A stretch of DNA of 33,676 nt, taken from NCBI GenBank assembly GCA_031278675.1, contig JAITJY010000318.1:1-33676 (forward strand), in the 5' to 3' direction. Origin of the DNA: Bifidobacteriaceae bacterium (GTDB lineage Bacteria > Actinomycetota > Actinomycetes > Actinomycetales > WQXJ01). Positions within the stretch are counted from its first letter, which is position 1, and the number at the start of each line of letters is the position of its first letter. The notes beneath the pieces are model-generated. The model ran no database searches, had not been told where the DNA came from, and saw only the letters and a list, made by a program, of their open reading frames with translations. Positions 7,871-14,473 of this stretch are shown here, piece by piece. The translations under genes were made by a program, and so were the position numbers.

Positions 7871-9720
7871 CTCGCCTCCGTTTGATCGGGGTGGGTCGCC
7901 AGGTGGCCCGCCTTCCCGGACGCGACCAGCGCCTGGATGCGCGGGAAGTCCCTGAGATCGGCTGGGTAGGCCTCGAGGACCGCGTGGAGCGCCTGGTCAG
8001 CGGCGGTCGGGTGCCCGCCGGCCAGGTGGGGTCGGCTGCTCAGCCGCGCCTCCAACCAGCCGAGCCGCGCCCAGAACAGCCGCCATCGCGCCAGTTGATC
8101 GTTCGGGCTGCTGGGTGTCAGCAGGTCTTCGAGTGGGTCCAGCAAGTCGTGCACGATTCCGTCCACTAGCGCGGCCGGGTCTTGTCCGGTCCGCTCGTGT
8201 GGGCCGGTTGGGCCGGTTGGCGCGGCGGTGGGCGGTGGGCTGCTGGCCAGGGCGGCGATCCGCGCGCGGGCGCGTTCCAGGCGGACCCGCGCTGCGGCCG
8301 GGTCCGGGCCGGGCCAGTCGGCCGGATAGGCGAGGACGGGGACGGCGGGGTCCCGGGGTGGTTTGCGGCGGCGTAGCTCGGCGCGGGGGGTGAGCCAGGC
8401 GGCCCTCACATCGGGGACCCCGGGGACGGGCGGGAGGGGGCCGTACGGTTCGGGGTAGACGGCATCGGCGTCCGGCTCAAGGCCGGCGGCTTGCCGTTGC
8501 GCTGGTGAGAGCCCCGCCAAACTGAGCGTCAACCGCGCCTGACGCCACAGGTGGGGCCAATCCGCCACGCCGCCCAGGGCGGAGAAACCGGCGCGCCAGC
8601 CCAAATCGTAGGCGAGCAGGAAACTGAACAGGTAGATGTCGGCTCGTCCCGGGCGGGTCCCGGCGAGGAACGGGCCGGCGCTGGCGGCCAAGCGTCGCTC
8701 TAGCGTGTCCAGTTTGGCGAAGTAGAGGCGGACGGCGGCTTGCCTGGCCTCGGTCGTCTCGGACCACAGCGCGGCTAGGGCGCCACCGCCGAGTTCGGCG
8801 GCGACACGTTGGGCCGACTCGGCGGCGCCCGGGGAATCCGGGGCCAACCAGCCGCGGGCCGCCAACTCGCGTGTCACCGATTCGGCGCGGGCGAGCGGGA
8901 CGGAGGGCACGGCATCGGGCACGAAGGCGCCCGACTGGTCGATGCCGCCGGGCGGGCGGGGCGGCCAGAGCGAGCGGTCCGGGCGGCGCGACCAGGGCGG
9001 CCCCGCGTTGGGCTGGCGCTGGGCACGGCTGGCGGGCGGGGGCGAGCCGGGAAATGGGGCGGGGAGCGGGTCGGCGCGCTGGTCGGGGATGTGGTAGATG
9101 AAGGTGAGCAGACGCTCGCCGTATTCGGAGACGATGGCCGTCTCGCGTTCCGGGCGGCGGACGAATCCTTTGCGGTAGTAAAGCTTGTGGGCGGCCGACA
9201 TTTGCGGGCTGGAATTGATCTCGATGACACGGAAACCTTGGATCCGGGCCAATGCGATGGCGTGATCCGTGAGGGCCGAACCGATGCGCAAACCGCGGCC
9301 CGAGGGGTGGACGGCGAGCACTGAGAAGGTGAAGTGGTCGGCAGTCCAGTATTCGAGCCGGGGAGTCAGGACCACGCCGAGGACCTGCCCCGCCTCGCTG
9401 GCCGCGATCCAAATGTGCCAGGTTTCGGCGCGCTGGCGGAGTGTCCGCAGGCCCTGTTCGTATTCCTCCGCCACCCAGCATCCGGTGGTGAACGCGGCCA
9501 CCAGTGTGTCCTCGGCGGCGGGCAGTTCCGCAGGCTGAGCTTCCCTGATCACCAGGCCTTCGGGGAGCCGCGGGGCCGCGGCGGGTGGGATCGCTCTTGC
9601 GGGCGGGGCGGGCGCGATGTCTTGGGGGATGTGGGCTGTGTCTTGGGGAACGGAATCGTGCGCGCGGGGCGTGACGGGCGGGCGGACGTGACCTCGCAGA
9701 ATCGGCGATGTGTGGCTCAT
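7867..9720 (-). CDS. GNAT family N-acetyltransferase fused to two GST C-terminal-like helical domains
   Basis: 617 aa. The GNAT core spans about aa 60-215 (HIWIAASEAGQVLGVVL, VLAVHPSGRGLRIGSALTDHAIALAR, AHKLYYRKGF). A Pro-rich linker follows. Two segments then resemble the helical domain of the neighbouring Xi GSTs: FLAGTRPGRADIYLFSFLLAYDLGWR..WPHLWRQA, and HLAGGHPTAADQALHAVLEAY..FPRIQALV. No thioredoxin-fold or CPxA cysteine motif is seen. Confidence 0.7.
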   Translation of the reverse strand: MSHTSPILRGHVRPPVTPRAHDSVPQDTAHIPQDIAPAPPARAIPPAAAPRLPEGLVIREAQPAELPAAEDTLVAAFTTGCWVAEEYEQGLRTLRQRAETWHIWIAASEAGQVLGVVLTPRLEYWTADHFTFSVLAVHPSGRGLRIGSALTDHAIALARIQGFRVIEINSSPQMSAAHKLYYRKGFVRRPERETAIVSEYGERLLTFIYHIPDQRADPLPAPFPGSPPPASRAQRQPNAGPPWSRRPDRSLWPPRPPGGIDQSGAFVPDAVPSVPLARAESVTRELAARGWLAPDSPGAAESAQRVAAELGGGALAALWSETTEARQAAVRLYFAKLDTLERRLAASAGPFLAGTRPGRADIYLFSFLLAYDLGWRAGFSALGGVADWPHLWRQARLTLSLAGLSPAQRQAAGLEPDADAVYPEPYGPLPPVPGVPDVRAAWLTPRAELRRRKPPRDPAVPVLAYPADWPGPDPAAARVRLERARARIAALASSPPPTAAPTGPTGPHERTGQDPAALVDGIVHDLLDPLEDLLTPSSPNDQLARWRLFWARLGWLEARLSSRPHLAGGHPTAADQALHAVLEAYPADLRDFPRIQALVASGKAGHLATHPDQTEAR

Positions 9721-9987
9721 TGGGGCTTTTCCTAGGCGAAAGGCGCGACGCCACGGCGGCAGGCGGCGCGCTAGGAGTGGACGGGTGAAGCGTCAGCAGC
9801 TAAAGCGCATTCGCGCGCTCGGCATTCGGTTCAACCAATTGGCCACGCGGTCATTGTGGTAGCCGCGCGATCGAGGGCGCAAGGAATGTAAAGATGGCCA
9901 CGCTCCCCGCGGCGCCGGCTTAGCCCGCGCCGGCCGTGCGACCTGCGGCCCAATGGCTCTGGCCCTGCGGGCCGTGCCGCTGCAGCG

Positions 9988-10027
9988 GGCCCGTGGCACT
10001 CAAGACTGCCACACGGCAGTGCGGGCC
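9988..10027 (-). terminator. GC-rich nested or alternative hairpins downstream of the 895-aa gene (possible factor-independent terminator without a U-tract)
   Basis: Outer stem ggcccg (9988-9993) pairs with cgggcc (10022-10027). Two inner hairpins are mutually exclusive: gtggca (9993-9998) with tgccac (10007-10012), and ctgcc (10006-10010) with ggcag (10015-10019). No T-tract is present. Confidence 0.25.
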
Positions 10028-10139
10028 GAACTCGCAAGAACGCTGCGGCGTCCACCTGAGACTGGAAACCGGCCGAACAGCCCCTCGCGGAACCGTGCTC
10101 CGACCCTCACCCGCGTTCTGTGGCACCCTCAGGATCGGG

Positions 10140-12827
10140 TCAGGTCGTCGCGACCTGGCCCGGGCCTCCCGTAAACGCTCCTTGGCGCATCCAATGCTCA
10201 AGACAGGTGTGGGCGACTTGGGCCGCCACCAATGCGGCCACCTCTTGACGACTCGCCTTGGTCGCAGGATCCGCGTCCTCGCTGGCGTCGGCGAGGTCGC
10301 AGACAGCTTTGAAACAGTAGAAGGGGATCGGACCGCCACCGAATCGCGAGCAGGAGGAAGCGATGGCGTCGGCCTCCATGTCCAAAGCGATTGGCGAACC
10401 GCCTTTTTGTTCGCACTCCACGGCGAGACCGTCGCGCTCGCTAGGCGTCTTGACTTTGGTGGCCGTTGTTATGAAAGTGCCGGCTTTGACCGTCGGCAGA
10501 AACGGACCCTGCACCTCAGGGGCCGTGAATCTTGAAAATGTGGACGAGTCCGGCATCAGGAGAAGTGGGCGACGGTGGACCTCTGCCAAGTGAGTTTCGC
10601 CGCTCATCCATCCGCCGTCCCAGGTGGAGTCGGCGACACACACATCGTAGAGATGAACCGACTCGGGGCGAGCCGAGCCGCAGATGCCCAGCGCAACCAC
10701 GGCCTGGACGCCATTATGGCTATGAATAGCAGCGGTGACCGCCGTAGCTGCCTCTTGTGGATTTTGGTGTCCGTGCAGATGGATAACCTCATGGCTTTCC
10801 AGCTTGGCGGCCTGCCACAATAATCCATACCCTTCGGCGGACGGCCGCCCGCTCCCCTTGAAAACTTCAAGCACCGCGTTGCGCTCGTATTCATTGCAGG
10901 TGTAGAGCAACACCTTAGGAGCGGGATCCGCTGGCACCTCAGCAGGGAAACCCTCACTGCTGTCTTGAAGGGTGGCGTGGCACCGTTTGCCGGCCAGGAC
11001 CTCGCGGAAGAGGTTCAGCCCAGTGCTGCCGAATACCTCCAATGCGACGGGGACCAGCTCCGCCTGGAATGCGGCGGTCTCTTTGGCGATGAGACTGAGG
11101 TCCGGCTCGGTCAAGGCCTTTGCGATTCGAGTGGCCAGGCCATTGAAGTCATGGACACCGGGCCGTTGGTCGGTGTCGTCTACCAGGAGGATTCCCGCTG
11201 GGCTGACGGGTTCTTGAGGTTCGATGGATGCTTCGGGCTTCATGCGCGTGAAAGCCCAGGTGAGCGCCATCAGCCCAGCGTCACGTAGAGCGTTCTCAGC
11301 GGCAGTGTGGTTGTGCTGGAGCCAGGACGCTGTGGGCAGCTGGGCCGTTGACGCCGGCGGTTCAAACTCACCATCACAGATTAATTCCCGTTCGTACGGG
11401 TTATGGCATCCGGCATTTTCCAGGAGTGTGCCTAGATGCACCTTGAGCGCGCGTCGCAGCGCGGCGAACTCGCCCACCTTAGCGCTGTCTGTCTCGCCGG
11501 CCGAGTACTTGTCCCAACAATCCTTGATGCCGCTGAGCCGACGGCGCACATCGTCACGGCTGTGCACAAAGACAGCGCGCCTGCCCAACAATCGCCTGTC
11601 AAACCAATGCTCGCATTCGGACCGCACGCCTGAGGACCATGCGCTGGAGTCGTAGAACGGTCGGAAAACAATCAAATGCGGCACGTGTTCGACGATGTAA
11701 TGGTCGCGGGAAGATATGTCGAAGAAGACGGCGTCGCGGACACCTCGCGCTGTCTCGCGGGCGGCAGTTCTGGCTGCCTGGGTTGGCTGGGCGCTAGGGG
11801 GCAGGAAGAAATTGGTGCGATCTTGTTGTTCGGGAGGGTATGGATAGTCCGTTGAAGCTTCGTCCAATGCGCGATCGGGCCACCGTCGAGACAGGTACAC
11901 GTCTCCGGCTGGGTCCTCAACGAAACGCAGCTCGTCTATGGCTGTGGGGCAGACCAGCGGGATTTCCCGTGCGCGAAGCGCTGCGTGCAATTGCATGGTA
12001 TCGTCGACGAGACCCGGGGGCCATGTGGCCAGTGTGGTCGCGTCTCGTTCGAAGTGCGAATTGGCTTGGTTGCTAGTTCGCAGGCTCTTAATCGGGTGGG
12101 ACAGATAGGCTGCCGTCGCGGTTCGCTGGTTCAGTGCCAATCTGAGGGTGGCGAAGCCCTGCTTTAATCCAAGTGGCGTGACAGGCAGCGGAAGCCCAGG
12201 TTTCCCTAGATTTACTGCGACGGTGTCCGCGAAGTGCATTTCCGTGCGGCGCCAGTTCCGAAGCACTCGGAGGTTCTCGGCCAGGCCGCGGGAGACGTCA
12301 GCCTCGGCGTCGACGACTCCGTCGAGGGCGCTGATCAGACGGCCGTCGGCTTGAGAACTCTGTCGGTCGAACAGGTAGTCTCGCTGCGCAAGGCGTGTCC
12401 ACACGTCATAGATGTCGTCGAGGAGCACCACAACCTGGGTTATGCCAAGTGCGGCAAGCGGCTCGGTCTGGACGGCTGACAATAGTTCGCGCGTGCCGCT
12501 GTTGTACCAGCTAAGGTGTGTCAGCAGCACGCCGGGCACGTCAGCGGTCAGGGTTGCGAAGGTCTCGCCAGACTCCTCGACGATCTCTCGCCACACCTGT
12601 CGCAACTGAGCACGGGGTCTGTTTCGGAGGGCGATTTCAAGGTTGGCTGGCCGACCTCTGAGCCTTGCGAGCAGCAGGTCCTCCACGTCGACCACCTTGA
12701 AGCGGCCCTCTGCCTCGAGCTTGGCCGCGACGACGCGAGGCGAGCATGCATAGAGGCCGCAGAGGAGTGTGACCACGCGTGGCGGCAACTGGGGCGAAGG
12801 GTCAGCGCCCGAGTCTGGGGCGATCAT
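10140..12827 (-). CDS. Large multidomain protein: degenerate P-loop kinase-like N-terminal region, TIR/nucleoside 2-deoxyribosyltransferase-like middle region, C-terminal PNP_UDP_1 (purine nucleoside phosphorylase / MTA nucleosidase superfamily) domain; candidate conflict-system protein
   Basis: 895-aa uninterrupted ORF in a lower-GC stretch. The C-terminal aa 638-880 carry PNP/MTAN hallmarks: first strand KVLLYTCNEYERNAVLEVF, glycine loop VVALGICGSA, and IALDMEADAIASSC (DME motif). The middle region has AAYLSHPI, PLVCPTAIDE and SRDHYIVEHVPHLIVFRPFYDSSAWSSGVRSECEHW. The N-terminus has VVTLLCGLYACSPRVVAAKLEAEGRFKVVDVEDLL (adenylate-kinase-like strand-loop-helix lacking GK[ST]) and VVVLLDD. Confidence 0.75.
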   Translation of the reverse strand: MIAPDSGADPSPQLPPRVVTLLCGLYACSPRVVAAKLEAEGRFKVVDVEDLLLARLRGRPANLEIALRNRPRAQLRQVWREIVEESGETFATLTADVPGVLLTHLSWYNSGTRELLSAVQTEPLAALGITQVVVLLDDIYDVWTRLAQRDYLFDRQSSQADGRLISALDGVVDAEADVSRGLAENLRVLRNWRRTEMHFADTVAVNLGKPGLPLPVTPLGLKQGFATLRLALNQRTATAAYLSHPIKSLRTSNQANSHFERDATTLATWPPGLVDDTMQLHAALRAREIPLVCPTAIDELRFVEDPAGDVYLSRRWPDRALDEASTDYPYPPEQQDRTNFFLPPSAQPTQAARTAARETARGVRDAVFFDISSRDHYIVEHVPHLIVFRPFYDSSAWSSGVRSECEHWFDRRLLGRRAVFVHSRDDVRRRLSGIKDCWDKYSAGETDSAKVGEFAALRRALKVHLGTLLENAGCHNPYERELICDGEFEPPASTAQLPTASWLQHNHTAAENALRDAGLMALTWAFTRMKPEASIEPQEPVSPAGILLVDDTDQRPGVHDFNGLATRIAKALTEPDLSLIAKETAAFQAELVPVALEVFGSTGLNLFREVLAGKRCHATLQDSSEGFPAEVPADPAPKVLLYTCNEYERNAVLEVFKGSGRPSAEGYGLLWQAAKLESHEVIHLHGHQNPQEAATAVTAAIHSHNGVQAVVALGICGSARPESVHLYDVCVADSTWDGGWMSGETHLAEVHRRPLLLMPDSSTFSRFTAPEVQGPFLPTVKAGTFITTATKVKTPSERDGLAVECEQKGGSPIALDMEADAIASSCSRFGGGPIPFYCFKAVCDLADASEDADPATKASRQEVAALVAAQVAHTCLEHWMRQGAFTGGPGQVATT

Positions 12828-12863
12828 TTTGGGGGAGGCGTTGAGTTCAGCGCACAGCTGCCG

Positions 12864-13244
12864 CTAGCGGCTGCACTCTGCGATGTGCCTCTTGATCTCG
12901 CTCGATCCAACGAATCTCTGGCGTTCTTGGAGGATCAGCAGCGACGGGCGGCCTAACGTCGGGTCATAATCGAGGAAATACGGAAGGCGTGCGCGGTCAA
13001 GCAGGTCAGCCAACTCGTCCGTCTCCTGGTTGGGCGGCCCGCCAAGGATCGCGTACGTTGTGTTCAGGTAGGCCCTGCGCGACTCTGCGCTGGCCATCAT
13101 GGTCGCGAACCCGTTCGGTTGGATCGCAGGCACTGCTGTTGGCATTGGTGTCCCTTGTGTTGTCTCTTGTGCTCCGGGTCCCGCCATCATATCTAGCGTC
13201 TCGGAGCCGATGCATGTAAGCGTAGCGGGAGCCTCTGCACTCAT
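12864..13244 (-). CDS. Hypothetical small protein upstream of the 895-aa gene (start uncertain)
   Basis: The ORF is open from 13478 (GTG). That start lies inside the divergent galE remnant, so I place it at the first ATG (13244). ATGs at 13190 and 13100 are alternatives. The last ~75 aa (YAILGGPPNQETDELADLLDRARLPYFLDYD...RPSLLILQERQRFVGSSEIKRHI) have glutaredoxin/NrdH-like topology but no CxxC. It uses A/T-ending codons (TTA, AGA, CAA, GAA, TAT) like the 895-aa gene. A 36-nt gap separates it from that gene. Confidence 0.35.
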   Translation of the reverse strand: MSAEAPATLTCIGSETLDMMAGPGAQETTQGTPMPTAVPAIQPNGFATMMASAESRRAYLNTTYAILGGPPNQETDELADLLDRARLPYFLDYDPTLGRPSLLILQERQRFVGSSEIKRHIAECSR

Positions 13245-13256
13245 GGCAGAGGTGGC

Positions 13257-13293
13257 CGCGAGAGTCGCGCCCGCGAGAGTCGCGCCCGCGAGA
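13257..13293. repeat. 15-bp tandem repeat, 2.5 copies (cgcgagagtcgcgcc); each unit is itself a small palindrome (cgcga-gag-tcgcg)
   Basis: Read directly: 13257-13271 and 13272-13286 are identical, followed by the partial copy cgcgaga (13287-13293). It lies 12 nt upstream (minus-strand sense) of ATG 13244. Confidence 0.9.
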
Positions 13294-13433
13294 CGGAGGG
13301 CAGGGCCGCGCGTTGGGGCGCGGATCAGTCGAAAGCCGTCATACCGCGGGAGACACGCAGCCCAGGCCGCGGTGTCCGGCGGGGCCCCGCTGTCCAGGAA
13401 CTGGGGGGCGTGGGGTCGTAGCTTGCGTTGGGC

Positions 13434-14404
13434 ATGGTGATCTGAGTGACCGGCGGGACTGGCTATGTTGGGGCCCACATTGTGCGGGGCACGATCTCGT
13501 GGCGGTCGATCGCTCGAACAGATTGGCGGGCCGCGTCGGCGGTGCCAGGCTCGTTCAGCTTGACCTGGCCGACGGCTCCACGTCGTCCCAGCTTGAGGCG
13601 GCGCTCAGTGGTTGCGACGGCGGTGGTCCACTCCGCGGCTTGCAAGCAGGTAGGCGAGCCGGTGGAACGACCCGCCCACTACTACCAGCAGAACGTCGGC
13701 GGGACAGCGAATCTGCTGCTGGCGATGGATGCGGCCGGCGTTGGCAAGCTGGTCTTCTCCTCGGCTGCCGCCGTATATGGCCAGCCGGGCGCCGAGAGGA
13801 ACCGTGATGATGCCGATCTAGCCCCGATCAGGCCGTACGGTCACATTAAGCTGGCCTGCGAGTGGACAGTTCGGAATGCGGCCAGGGCGTGCGGCTGGGC
13901 AGCGGTCAACCTGAGGTCCCCTAGCGTCGCCGGCGCGGGGTGGGACGATCTGACGATCTGGGTGACTGTGTGGCGCTGAACCTGATCCCGACGGTGTTGC
14001 AAAGACTCGCCGACCGCCGCCGCCCTGCGGTTTTCGGGGTCGATTACCCCACCCCGGGCGGCGCCTGCGTTCGCGGTTTTGTCCGCGTGGAGGATCTGGC
14101 CAGTGCCCACGTCGCCGGTTTAGAGTACTCGGACCGCGGTGAGCGACTGTTCGATGTCTTCGACGTTGGCCCTGCCGTGGGTCATTCGGTGCGCGAGGCG
14201 ATCGACGCGATCGGGAAGGCGACGGGCCTGGACGTGACTCCTGATGACGAACCGCGACGGGGGAAAGGTGACCCAGCTATTCTGATCGGTGACGTTGGCC
14301 GGATCGAGCGGGTCTTCGGCTGGAAAGCGCGGCACGGCCTGACCTCGATCGTCGATTCCGCTTGGCGGGCGTGGCAGACGGGCCCCAGACGCTTCGCAGT
14401 TTGA
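13434..14404 (+). pseudogene. galE: UDP-glucose 4-epimerase (GalE) pseudogene: premature stop plus at least 3 frameshifts
   Basis: ATG GTG ATC TGA GTG ACC GGC GGG reads M V I * V T G G T G Y V G A H I V, so there is an in-frame TGA at codon 4 (13443-13445). GalE-like segments alternate between two reading frames. TGGTGYVGAHIV is in the frame of 13446. GHDLVAVDRSN..ARLVQLDLADG is in the frame of 13313. VVHSAACKQVGEPVERPAHYYQQNVGGTANLL..KLVFSSAAAVYG..PYGHIKL is back in the frame of 13446. NLIPTVLQ..AVFGVDYPTPGGACVRGFVRVEDLASAHV..GDPA..FGW is in the frame of 13940. Confidence 0.85.
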
Positions 14405-14473
14405 GGCCCGGCCCCGGCGAATGCGCCTGTGGCGACGTGCGCGAGTTCGGCGAGCCGGTGGCTGCGGCTGTCG

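Noticed and set aside
8477-9754. 425-aa minus-strand ORF in an alternative frame of the GNAT fusion gene
   Set aside because: The product is Arg/Pro-rich with no motifs. The other frame contains a clean GNAT core and is coupled by ATGA to the next gene.
9793-10339. Small ORFs (68-139 aa) in the 420-bp gap downstream of the 895-aa gene
   Set aside because: They have no motifs, are Arg-rich, and overlap each other and the 3' end of the large gene. I treat the region as non-coding with hairpins.
13446-14404. Two separate intact genes (177 aa and 154 aa) as suggested by the ORF track
   Set aside because: Together with a third frame (13313-13807) they tile one GalE sequence in order. Neither piece is a complete SDR domain. 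I call it a single pseudogene.
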